The notes under the pieces: generated by a model | Told to the model about the DNA's origin: nothing | The model's input: only the letters and a program-made list of their open reading frames with translations | The model's database searches: none | NCBI GenBank assembly: GCA_965215605.1 | Contig: OZ244070.1 | Coordinates: 3,456,001-3,520,000 of the forward strand | Direction of reading: 5' to 3' | DNA from: an uncultured Candidatus Binatia bacterium | GTDB lineage: Bacteria > Desulfobacterota > Binatia > UBA9968 > JAJDTQ01 | DNA: 64,000 bases | Position numbers and translations under genes: made by a program | Part shown: piece after piece, positions 8,320 to 17,171 of the stretch | How positions within the stretch are numbered: the first letter of the stretch is position 1 | Layout: each line of letters begins with the position of its first letter

Positions 8320-10797
8320 ATGAGAAAAGTACTAGCAGCATTCGCGGTATTCACCATGTTCGCGGCGGGCCAGGTACATGGCGACGGGCTGGCGCCAGCG
8401 CCACAGATCATCGCCGAGTACGACCGCAGCTTCATCGAGCGTTCCGGCGCCCAGACGTTCGGCGAGATGCTCGACACGGGCATCATCCGCTACTTCTTCA
8501 CCGGAGGGCGCAACCTGCTCATTCTGGTGAACGGGCGGCCCTACGCGACGACCGCGCACAATCTGGACTCTCTCCCGCTCTCGGCGATCGAGCGCATCGA
8601 GGTGCTGAGAGCCGAGAGCCTGGGGACGCTCGGCGGCCAGGCCGCGGTACGTGGTGCATTCAACCTCGTGCTGAGGAAGGATCTGGACGGCTTCGACGTG
8701 CGCACCGTCGCCCGGATGCCGAGCCGCGACGGCGGGGACGCACGCCAGGCCAGCGCTGTATGGGGCGGCGCGGTCGGCGCCGGCGGACACGTGACCGTCG
8801 GCGTCGACATCTTCGACCGCGAGGAGATCGCCGGCAGCACCCGCGAGCACAGCCGCTCGGAGTGGGCGGAGGATGGGAGCTTCGCCGAGGCCAAAAACGT
8901 GAGCGTTGGCGGCAACACCGTCTACGTCTTCGACACGATCGAGCGCGAGTTGCGAGCCGTCCCGCTCGGCAAGTGCGACCGTGCGCACGGCTACACCGGC
9001 CCGCTGAGCAACCCGCCGGGGATCAACTCGGGCGACAAAGGCTGTGGGTTCGCCTACGGCAACTTCTGGTGGGACAGCGGGAGCTACGACCAGAGGAACG
9101 CAATCCTGAACCTGAGCCACCCGCTCGGAGAGCGCGCCGAACTCGATGTGGACGCAAACGTCACGAGCGCACGCTCGGCGTTCCGCTACGCACCGTCGGT
9201 CTCTGTCTTCTCCGTTGCCCCGAGCCAGAGCCTGCTCGACGCAATCAACGAATCGGGGAGGAACGCCGACCGGGCGTTCGAGGCGACGACGGAGGACATC
9301 TTCGCGGTCGGGCACCGCTTCATCGGCCATGGCAACCGGGACTGGAGGACGAGCACCGAGGAGTACGACGTCTCGGCAAGCGTCAAGGGCCGGCTCGCCG
9401 AAGGCCTCGGCTACGACTCCCGCATCAGCGCCTATAGGCTCGACGGCTCGGTGTCGGGCGATACCTTCGTGGACGCCGAGACCATCAGGGACGAGATCAA
9501 GGCCGGAAGGTACAACGTGGCTGATCCGCTGTCGGTGGAACCGGACCACCTGAGAGCGATCGAGAGGAGCAGCCTACGCGAGGAGGTGGACTTCGGCACG
9601 AGGTATCTGGACGCACGATTCTCGCTTGAGGGCACCGGGCCGGGCATCGGCGGTCGCAAAACGGCATGGACTGCCGGGGTCGAATTCGCCGACGTGGAGC
9701 ACTACAGCCTGCTGGCGTTCCGGGCAAACGACGGCCGGAGCCGCAACGTCGACGGGGTGCTCGGGTCGGGCGGCACCAGCTACTCCGGCGAGCGCGATGC
9801 GGCAGGAGCCTTCGCCGAGGTGTCCCTGCCTCTGGCCGACACCGTGGACCTGAGAGCTGCAGCACGGGTCGATGAATACGATGACGTCGGCGGGCTGCGC
9901 GCGTGGCGCCTCGGGGCTGAGTATCGTCCGAGCGACATCATCACGCTGCGCGCCTCGTGGAGCACGGGCGACCAGGCGCCCTCCATGTACCACCTGCACA
10001 GCACCGCGGCGCAGGACCACCCCTATGTCCGTTGCGTCCCGGCGAGCGGCCCGGCGCCGCGCACGTGCGACAGGGCGCATTACCGGCAGGTGACGCGCCG
10101 CACGAGCGGTGACCCCGAGCTCAAGCCGTCGGGATCGGAGAGGCGCTCCATTGGCGCGGGGGCCCGCAGGGGGCCGTTCTACCTCATCGCCGACTGGTAC
10201 TGGCTCACGACCTCGGATTTGCCGGGACGGCACAACGCCACTTGGGCGATGCTGAACCACCCCGAGTGTCCGCCGGGCGACGGCAGCAGGTGCATCGAGC
10301 GCGCGGCTGGAGACATCACCATCCACGAGAGCTTCGCGAACATCGTCGAGACCGAGGTCTCGGGCGTTAACACCCGGTTCGGAGGCCGCTTGGAGACCGG
10401 CTGGGGCTTTGTGGCAATGCGCGGGTTCTGGCGCTACGTCACCAGCAGCGAGGAGGAGATCGCAGGCGTGAAGCGGCCGTACCCGCTCCCGCGCAACGCC
10501 GTGCGCATCGTGCCCTCGGTCGGGCACGGCAACCTCACCGCCTTCTGGGCGCTGAACTACCGCGACGAGATCGAAAGCCGGTGGGACGACGGACGGTTCA
10601 AATCCTGGACCGGCCACGACGTGACGCTCGATTGGAGAGAGCCGCTAGGGCTCGAAAACATGCGCTTGACCGCAGGCGTGTACAACGTCACCGACGCGAA
10701 GCTCTCCACGAACACCGCAAATCCCGCTGTGACCGACGGGCCGCGCGCGGCTGGCTGGGGACGCACCTTCTTCGCAACCCTCAACATGCAGTTTTGA
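8320..10797 (+). CDS. TonB-dependent outer-membrane receptor
   Basis: Signal peptide MRKVLAAF; plug 'LILVNGRP...LDSLPLSAIERIEVL'; C-terminal 'GVYNVTD...GRTFFATLNMQF' with terminal Phe. Confidence 0.9.
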   Translation: MRKVLAAFAVFTMFAAGQVHGDGLAPAPQIIAEYDRSFIERSGAQTFGEMLDTGIIRYFFTGGRNLLILVNGRPYATTAHNLDSLPLSAIERIEVLRAESLGTLGGQAAVRGAFNLVLRKDLDGFDVRTVARMPSRDGGDARQASAVWGGAVGAGGHVTVGVDIFDREEIAGSTREHSRSEWAEDGSFAEAKNVSVGGNTVYVFDTIERELRAVPLGKCDRAHGYTGPLSNPPGINSGDKGCGFAYGNFWWDSGSYDQRNAILNLSHPLGERAELDVDANVTSARSAFRYAPSVSVFSVAPSQSLLDAINESGRNADRAFEATTEDIFAVGHRFIGHGNRDWRTSTEEYDVSASVKGRLAEGLGYDSRISAYRLDGSVSGDTFVDAETIRDEIKAGRYNVADPLSVEPDHLRAIERSSLREEVDFGTRYLDARFSLEGTGPGIGGRKTAWTAGVEFADVEHYSLLAFRANDGRSRNVDGVLGSGGTSYSGERDAAGAFAEVSLPLADTVDLRAAARVDEYDDVGGLRAWRLGAEYRPSDIITLRASWSTGDQAPSMYHLHSTAAQDHPYVRCVPASGPAPRTCDRAHYRQVTRRTSGDPELKPSGSERRSIGAGARRGPFYLIADWYWLTTSDLPGRHNATWAMLNHPECPPGDGSRCIERAAGDITIHESFANIVETEVSGVNTRFGGRLETGWGFVAMRGFWRYVTSSEEEIAGVKRPYPLPRNAVRIVPSVGHGNLTAFWALNYRDEIESRWDDGRFKSWTGHDVTLDWREPLGLENMRLTAGVYNVTDAKLSTNTANPAVTDGPRAAGWGRTFFATLNMQF

Positions 10798-10829
10798 GGT
10801 GCTGACCGAAGCGGGAGTGACTTCGATGG

Positions 10830-10853
10830 CCAGCGGGGGCCGGCCCCCGCTGG
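10830..10853. terminator. Perfect 24-bp palindrome after the TonB receptor gene (hairpin, possible terminator)
   Basis: CCAGCGGGGGCCGGCCCCCGCTGG equals its own reverse complement; no U-tract. Confidence 0.45.
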
Positions 10854-10882
10854 GCGACAGGGGAAACAGAGAGGGGAGATTG

Positions 10883-11725
10883 ATGGCGGGAAAAGCCGAA
10901 TTGCTTTCATTCGTGACCGCGGACCGGGAGACGCTGCACGGAGCCTTGTTTCGCGCCGATGCATCGCCGCGCCCCGATCTGGCGCTGGTGATGATTCACG
11001 GCGTGGCCATGAGCTTCTATACCGGCCCGCTGCGGGTATTCGCCGAGGCTCTGGCCGGACGCGGCCATCATGCCTTCTCCATCAACTGCCGCGGCCATGA
11101 CTGGATCGCCCGGGGCGGGGACCTCACGGCCTTCCGAGGCGCCGCCTACGAGAACTTCGAGGACTGCGTGCTGGACATCGACGCCGCCATCGACCGGCTG
11201 AAGCAGGAGGGCTACGCCCGCTTCGTGCTGGTGGGGCACAGCCTGGGCGCGGTCAAGTCCATCTACTACCAGGGCACCCGCCGGCGCGACGACGTGGTCG
11301 GGGTGATTTCCTGTTCCGCGCCCAAGCAGTTCTATGCCGCCCGCGTCGGGGAGGATACGGAGTTCGAGGCGCGCATGGCAAGCGCGGAGAAGCGGGTAGC
11401 GGAAGGGCAGGGAGAGGAGTTCCTGTGGGCGCCCGCCAGCGGCGCCACCGGCCTGTTCACCTACAGAACCTACGTCAGCAAGTACGGCCGCCACGAGACC
11501 AACGACGTGCGCCCCCATGCCGCAAGGCTGGGCTGTCCGTTACTGGCGACCGCGGGAGAGATCGAGGCCGCCTACTTCCGGGAATACGCGCACGAACTGA
11601 ACGAATCGGCGGGTCCGGACAACGGCACCTGCATCATCGTCCCCGGCGCCAACCACTTCTACGCCGGCTGCGAGGCCTTCATGATCGACGCCCTCGACGG
11701 CTGGCTCAAGGAAAACGTGGCCTAG
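10883..11725 (+). CDS. Alpha/beta hydrolase (DUF1749-like)
   Basis: 'VMIHG', nucleophile 'LVGHSLGA', 'GANHFY'. Confidence 0.85.
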   Translation: MAGKAELLSFVTADRETLHGALFRADASPRPDLALVMIHGVAMSFYTGPLRVFAEALAGRGHHAFSINCRGHDWIARGGDLTAFRGAAYENFEDCVLDIDAAIDRLKQEGYARFVLVGHSLGAVKSIYYQGTRRRDDVVGVISCSAPKQFYAARVGEDTEFEARMASAEKRVAEGQGEEFLWAPASGATGLFTYRTYVSKYGRHETNDVRPHAARLGCPLLATAGEIEAAYFREYAHELNESAGPDNGTCIIVPGANHFYAGCEAFMIDALDGWLKENVA

Positions 11726-12429
11726 CCGCACGCCAGCAACCTGCCGAACCCCTCCACCGGCTGGTCCAGCTTCATGGCCTTGAGCGCGGTCCAGATCCAG
11801 GCCTGGGTGTTGGTGACCACGGGCTTGCCGAACTCCTGCTCCAATTGATCGATGATAGGCGTGATCCGCCACTTGTTGCAGGGCATGTAAAGCCCGTCGA
11901 CCTCGGGGTTTTCCCGCAATAAAGGCCGGGCCACCTCCAGCCCCGACTCCGGCGGCAGGCCCCAGATGACCCTGGTGTTTTCGTATGCAAGACCCCGGCT
12001 GGCCGTGACATGGATCTCGTCGTGTGCGAGAAAACGGGCCAGCCGGGCGTCTTGGTCCGCCGGAAAAGGGGACGCCATCACCACGCGTTTCAGGCCCAAC
12101 TCACGGCAGGCGTCCACCACGGAGGTGAGTACGGTGGACGCGGGCACCGGGGTGATCTCGCTCACGGCCTCAAGGAGTTGGCGGTCCGAGCCGGGGCCTT
12201 TGTAGGACAGGAACAGCTCCCCGGTGACCATGATGAAGTCGAGGGGGAACTCGGTCAGCTCCCTGACCAAGCCGAAAAACTCGCTTTCCGCCCGGGCGAA
12301 CTCCTCGTCCGTGAATTCGCGCACCCGGAGTCCGCGGCCCTCCACCGTGATGTCCGGAGGCAGGATCCGGTAGACGTCGGTCAGCACCTCTTCACTCATG
12401 TTGGGTGATATCAGGCCGATGCGTTTCAT
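11722..12429 (-). CDS. Asp/Glu racemase superfamily protein (maleate isomerase / arylmalonate decarboxylase group)
   Basis: 'RIGLISP', 'LGLKRVVMASPF', 'DGLYMPCNKW', 'LEQEFGKPVVTNTQA'. Confidence 0.85.
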   Translation of the reverse strand: MKRIGLISPNMSEEVLTDVYRILPPDITVEGRGLRVREFTDEEFARAESEFFGLVRELTEFPLDFIMVTGELFLSYKGPGSDRQLLEAVSEITPVPASTVLTSVVDACRELGLKRVVMASPFPADQDARLARFLAHDEIHVTASRGLAYENTRVIWGLPPESGLEVARPLLRENPEVDGLYMPCNKWRITPIIDQLEQEFGKPVVTNTQAWIWTALKAMKLDQPVEGFGRLLACG

Positions 12430-12487
12430 TCGACACCACGTTCTTTAGAGCCGGTGCGTTTCCCTTGGCCGGGAACGGGACAGGGGA

Positions 12488-12805
12488 TCACACGTTGCCC
12501 AGCGACAGGAGTGACAGCGAGCTCACCTCGAAGTCCTTGACCCAGTACTCGCCGGTGTACATGCCCTCCGCTCCCTTGGCGATGTCTGCGCGGGCTTGGC
12601 TTGCGACGTAGGTCTCCATGTCCTGTTTCGTCTCCCAGAACGTGAGGGAGATCCCCTCGTCGGGATTCTCGGAGCTTCGGAGCAGTTGGCGTCCTCGGAA
12701 GCCCGGCATCTTCGCCGTGGCGGGAACCACCACCTCGTTGTAGTAGCGCTCGTATTCCGCCCATTTCCCGAGTCGAAGCTTGCCCCAGAAAATTCTGCAC
12801 ATCAT
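12488..12805 (-). CDS. Antibiotic biosynthesis monooxygenase (ABM)-like small protein
   Basis: 'MPGFRGRQLLR...DEGISLTFWET' dimeric alpha/beta-barrel pattern; RBS AGGAGG. Confidence 0.75.
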   Translation of the reverse strand: MMCRIFWGKLRLGKWAEYERYYNEVVVPATAKMPGFRGRQLLRSSENPDEGISLTFWETKQDMETYVASQARADIAKGAEGMYTGEYWVKDFEVSSLSLLSLGNV

Positions 12806-12902
12806 GGTGTCCTCCTGACAGACCGTCGCCCGAAAACGCGCGTTCCCGGCTTTGGCCTTTTTCCCCGCGATGGAGCCCGCGAATTTCGGCCCAGAGTCTG
12901 GC

Positions 12903-14657
12903 TCAACCGGCCGGGTTGCGGCAGATGACGTTGAGTAGCGCCTGCCGTCCTTCTTCCTTGACCGCCTTGAGGCCGCGCTCCAGCGCCGCCGGCAGTTCCG
13001 TGGGATCGTCTACCCGCTCGGCGTAGGCGCCGCACGCCTGGGCGGTCATTTCGAATTGCGGCGACGGCGTCAGGTCGGTACCCGGGAAGTTACCGGTCTG
13101 GTGGGCGACGCCGTCCGGGTACAGTTCGCGCACGGTGCTGAGCGTGGCGTTCCAGGCTTGGTTGTTGTAGATGACGGTGAGGAACGGCACCTGGTATTTC
13201 TGCGCGGTGAAGTGGCACGCCGTGGGTACGCAGAACATGTAGGAGCCGTCGCCCTCACAGGCGATGACCGTGTGGTCGGGGGCTGCCAGCTTGGCGCCGA
13301 TGGCGGCTCCCATGCCCCATCCCAGATGTCCGGCCGGTGCCTGGTCGAAGAACGATCCGGGCCGCTCCAGCCCGAGTACCGGCCCCAGGGGCGAGGTCAC
13401 CGCTTCTCCCATGACGATAGTCTTTTCATCCACCACGTTGGCGATGCAGCGGGACAGCCACAAGGGATGAATGGGCCGCTCGTCCTTCACGTTCTCGATG
13501 CGTTCCGCCAGTTCCGTCCGCGTCCGTCCGTGGGCGGCCTGAATGCGGGCCTGTCGCTCCTCCACGGCCTTCCGCAGCGCCTCCGAGCCGTCGAGCGCCT
13601 GCCGGATCAGGCCGTTGAGCACCGGCAGGGTGACGTCGGCGGCTCCGGTCATGGCGTGATCCACCGGAAAGCCCCACACCGGAATGGAGGAGAACAGCGG
13701 GTCGATCTCCAGTTGCAGCACGGTTGCCTCGGGACGCAGCTTGTCCCGGTTGGCCGGCGTCCACGGAACGTCGATGTCGATGAGAAAGACCACGTCCGCC
13801 CGTTGGATGTGACTGTCGATGTCGTGACCGGCATGACACGGGTGGCTCGACGGGAAGTTCATGTACGGCGACTGCGGGTGTTGCACCACCGGAATCGCCA
13901 GCAGGTCGGCCAGCTCCACCAGCGGTTTCACCGCCGCGGGGTTCCGTCCGACATAGCGCGTCACGATGACGGGGTCGGCGGCCGCGACGAGGATCTCCGC
14001 CGCCTGCGCGAGGTCCTCCATGGGCGTCTGGTACTTGGTGGGCGGCTTGAACACGTCCGCCGACACCCGGGTGCTCTCCATGGACTCGTAGAGCCACTCC
14101 CGCGGCAGCGACAGGTACACCGGACCCCTGGGCTCGGCCATGGCGATCTTGAAGGCCCGGGGCACGATGGCGCCGAGCTGCTCGTTGGCGCGGTTCTCGA
14201 AATCCCACTTGACGAATTCGCGCACGATGCTGCCCTGGTCCCGGGACTCCTGGCGCCAGTGGATGTGGCGGCTCTTGCCCCCCGGCACCTCCCCCTCTGT
14301 GACCGGGGTCCTTCCGGCCACGAACAGCAGGGGCACTTGGCACGCCTTGGCGTTCATGAGGCCGCCGAGGCCGTTGGCGGTGCCGGGCAGGGTATGCACC
14401 AGCACCACCTGCGGCTTGCCGGAAGCGCAGTAGTAGCCGTGGGCCATGGACACCGCCGCCTGCTCGTGGGGTACTACGATGATCTCCGCCCCCTTGGACT
14501 CGCTCCGGTGCATCTTGGCCAGCGCCTCCAGGATCGGGCCGTGGTCCGTCCCGGTGTTGGCGAAGATGTAGTCCACGTCGGGATTGGCGTTGATCTGCGC
14601 CAGAAAGGCTTCCGCTCCGTTGGCCACGGGCACGTCTTCGAATCGAGGTCCCGGCAT
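12903..14657 (-). CDS. Thiamine diphosphate-dependent enzyme (acetolactate synthase / benzoylformate decarboxylase superfamily)
   Basis: 'PHEQAAVSMAHGY', 'PRGPVYLSLP', ThDP motif 'GDGS...YNNQAW'. Confidence 0.9.
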   Translation of the reverse strand: MPGPRFEDVPVANGAEAFLAQINANPDVDYIFANTGTDHGPILEALAKMHRSESKGAEIIVVPHEQAAVSMAHGYYCASGKPQVVLVHTLPGTANGLGGLMNAKACQVPLLFVAGRTPVTEGEVPGGKSRHIHWRQESRDQGSIVREFVKWDFENRANEQLGAIVPRAFKIAMAEPRGPVYLSLPREWLYESMESTRVSADVFKPPTKYQTPMEDLAQAAEILVAAADPVIVTRYVGRNPAAVKPLVELADLLAIPVVQHPQSPYMNFPSSHPCHAGHDIDSHIQRADVVFLIDIDVPWTPANRDKLRPEATVLQLEIDPLFSSIPVWGFPVDHAMTGAADVTLPVLNGLIRQALDGSEALRKAVEERQARIQAAHGRTRTELAERIENVKDERPIHPLWLSRCIANVVDEKTIVMGEAVTSPLGPVLGLERPGSFFDQAPAGHLGWGMGAAIGAKLAAPDHTVIACEGDGSYMFCVPTACHFTAQKYQVPFLTVIYNNQAWNATLSTVRELYPDGVAHQTGNFPGTDLTPSPQFEMTAQACGAYAERVDDPTELPAALERGLKAVKEEGRQALLNVICRNPAG

Positions 14658-14833
14658 GTTCGAACTCTCCTTGGGTCTACGGCGGCGTACTTGCCTCCGA
14701 TGTGCCAGCGAGGACACTAACAACGGTGTCGCCGACGTGTCAAATCAATGGCCGGGCGAGGGAAGGCGGAGTTGACCGGGTACCCGAATCAGCTTATGTT
14801 CGGCGTTTCACATTATTTCAGGAGGGAGCGGCC

Positions 14834-15196
14834 ATGAGCCAGTCTGGCGAGGAGTCGGAGAGCATCGAGGGCACCTACGTGTTCGACGGTACCCAGTCGC
14901 GCAAGGGCTATCGTCTCAACAAGTTCTTCTTTTCCCTCAACGAGGCACGGAACCGCTCGGCCTTCAAGGAGGACGCGGAGGCGCTGATGGATCGCTTCGG
15001 CCTCACGGACTGGGAGAAGCGCAAGGTCGGCGAGAAGGACTGGCTGGCGCTGGCGCGTGAGGGCGGCGCCAACATCTACGTCATGTACAAGATGGGCTCG
15101 GTGACGGGCGACAGCCTGCAGCACATCGGGGCGGCGTTCCGCGGGCAGAGCCTCGACGAGTTCCTCGGCACCCGAAAGGTCCAGGGGGCCAGGTAG
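14834..15196 (+). CDS. ligA: Protocatechuate 4,5-dioxygenase alpha subunit
   Basis: 'GTYVFDG..SRKGYRLNKFFFSL', 'GANIYVMYK'; directly upstream of ligB. Confidence 0.85.
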   Translation: MSQSGEESESIEGTYVFDGTQSRKGYRLNKFFFSLNEARNRSAFKEDAEALMDRFGLTDWEKRKVGEKDWLALAREGGANIYVMYKMGSVTGDSLQHIGAAFRGQSLDEFLGTRKVQGAR

Positions 15197-15197
15197 C

Positions 15198-16046
15198 ATG
15201 GGAAGCGTCGTCGCGGGAATAGGGTCGTCGCACGTGCCGGCGGTGGGTGCGGCATTCGACCAGGGCAAACAGGAAACCCCGGAATGGAAACCGTTGTTCG
15301 ACGGCTACCGCCCGGCCATGGCATGGCTCCGGGAGGCCCGCGTCGACGTGGCCATCTTCATTTACAACGACCACGGCTCGGAATTCTTCTTTGACAAGTA
15401 CCCGACCTTCGCCATGGGCGTGGCCGACAGCTATCCGCCGGCGGACGAGGGTTGGGGTCCGCGCCCGCTGGAGCCGGTTCCCGGCGACCCCGAGTTCTCC
15501 TGGCACGTGGCGGAGTCGCTGATCCGCGAGAGCGAGTTCGACATGACCGTGTGCCAGGAGCTGTCCGTGGACCACGGGCTGCTGACCCCGCTTCCGTTGC
15601 TGTGGTCCAACGAGCCGCGTTGGGACATCAAGGTCGTGCCGGTGGCGGTGAACGTGCTGCAGCACCCGCTGCCCACGGCGCGCCGGCTGTGGAAGCTCGG
15701 GCAGGCCTTGCGCACGGCGGTGGAGAGCTATCCGCGGGATATCCGGGTGGCCGTCCTCGGCACCGGCGGGTTGTCGCACCAGCTCCACGGCGAGCGCTTC
15801 GGTTTCCGCAACGAAGAATGGGACCGGCGCTTCATGGACCGCATCGTCAACGGCCCGGAGGAGTTGGTGGCGCTGTCCCACCACGAGTACATGGTGCAGG
15901 GCGGCGCCGAGGCGGTGGAGATGATCATGTGGCTGGGCATGCGCGGCGCCATGTCCCCGGAAGTGAAGCTGGTGCACCAGAACTACTACGCCCCCATGTT
16001 GACGGGGATGGGGCTGTTGCTGCTGGAAGACACGGCGTCGTCGTGA
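15198..16046 (+). CDS. ligB: Protocatechuate 4,5-dioxygenase beta subunit (class III extradiol)
   Basis: 'SSHVPAVG', 'YNDHG', 'VDHGL', 'GTGGLSHQL', 'GAEAVEMIMW'. Confidence 0.9.
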   Translation: MGSVVAGIGSSHVPAVGAAFDQGKQETPEWKPLFDGYRPAMAWLREARVDVAIFIYNDHGSEFFFDKYPTFAMGVADSYPPADEGWGPRPLEPVPGDPEFSWHVAESLIRESEFDMTVCQELSVDHGLLTPLPLLWSNEPRWDIKVVPVAVNVLQHPLPTARRLWKLGQALRTAVESYPRDIRVAVLGTGGLSHQLHGERFGFRNEEWDRRFMDRIVNGPEELVALSHHEYMVQGGAEAVEMIMWLGMRGAMSPEVKLVHQNYYAPMLTGMGLLLLEDTASS

Positions 16047-16056
16047 ACGCAGGGCC

Positions 16057-16257
16057 CCGCCGGAAGAAGCCGCTTCGGTCTTCTCCCAGGTCAAGCCCAA
16101 GGTCGCGGCCTTCACCCACGTGGTCTCCTACGGCATCGAGCGCAGTGAGATCGTCGAACGCACCCGGGCGGGTTACGCGGGCGAGCTGGTCATGGGCGAG
16201 GACCTCATGCGCTTCGAGATCGCCGACGAGGTGACCGTGGTCCCGCCGGCCTCCTAG
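16057..16257 (+). pseudogene. C-terminal remnant of an RNase Z-like metallo-beta-lactamase-fold hydrolase
   Basis: Own translation: PPEEAASVFSQVKPKVAAFTHVVSYGIERSEIVERTRAGYAGELVMGEDLMRFEIADEVTVVPPAS*; no start codon; host-like codon use. Confidence 0.65.
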
Positions 16258-17027
16258 TCCTCGGCCGGCAACCCCACCATATCGGCTACCCGTTGCGCGT
16301 AGTGGTTCCAGGTCCACTCGTAGACTTTCGAGACGGCGGCCTGGAGGCCTTGTTCCAACACGAAGGCGAAGGCGTCGAGGTCCGCCTGGGGGAGCAGCTC
16401 CAGCGGGCGTCCTCCGGTAGCGCGGGTGGCGTCCAGGGTGACCTTCGCCAACATTTCCAGGCGCAGCGCCAGCAGGGTCACGGCTTCGACCGTCGGCCCG
16501 ATGACGGTGAGGCCGTGCCCGCGCATGAGACAGCAGTCCCGGTCGCCCATGACGGCCATGAAATCCGCGGCCAGCTCCGGAGTGTCGATGAGCACCGACC
16601 TGGGATAGACGGGGATCCCCTGGATCGCGGCGCCGAGGCTCAGGGGGTCGTAGGAGCCGTAGATGGGCCGCAACTCCAGGCCGGCGATGGTGGCCACGAG
16701 ACAGTGATACGGGTGGGCGTGGAGGACGGCGTGGGCTTCCGGCCGTGTCTTGTAGAGCTCCCCGTGGATCGGCAGCTCCAAAGGCACCCGGTATCCGTCC
16801 ACTTGCTCCACCGTGCGGTCGAAGCCCAGCCGGCGCACGTGACGGACGTCGGAGTAGAGCAGCCCCTTCTCTTCGTCTCCGAGCAAGCGCATGAACATCT
16901 CGCCGGTGCCCGGTATCCGCGCCGATAGATGGCCGAGTATGTCGCCCAGGCATCCCTGGCTGGCGAGGATGCGGGTGCCCAGCGCGATCTTGCGCCGGAG
17001 GGTCTGCAACGATTCATCCATGATCAT
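16254..17027 (-). CDS. Class II aldolase/adducin family protein, 3,4-dihydroxyphthalate decarboxylase (PhtC/PadC)-like
   Basis: 'ILGHLSAR', 'GYRVPLELPIH', 'HAHP', 'RPIYGSYD', 'IPVYPRSVLI', 'MRGHGLT'. Confidence 0.8.
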   Translation of the reverse strand: MIMDESLQTLRRKIALGTRILASQGCLGDILGHLSARIPGTGEMFMRLLGDEEKGLLYSDVRHVRRLGFDRTVEQVDGYRVPLELPIHGELYKTRPEAHAVLHAHPYHCLVATIAGLELRPIYGSYDPLSLGAAIQGIPVYPRSVLIDTPELAADFMAVMGDRDCCLMRGHGLTVIGPTVEAVTLLALRLEMLAKVTLDATRATGGRPLELLPQADLDAFAFVLEQGLQAAVSKVYEWTWNHYAQRVADMVGLPAED

Positions 17028-17171
17028 CCTTTCAGGAGCGGTCGCCGTTAGCCGTATGCGCACGTGTAAACCGCGAACGCCCCGGAGTGTCAAGCATCCC
17101 TTCCCGAACTTCCGCCTCGTTACAAACCCAATTGAAACAACGGTGGCCTTGATCTATGGTCAGCCTGATCC

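Noticed and set aside
15198-16257. Programmed frameshift fusing ligB to the downstream MBL fragment
   Set aside because: LigB is full length, there is no slippery sequence at its end, and the fragment lacks the HxHxDH catalytic region
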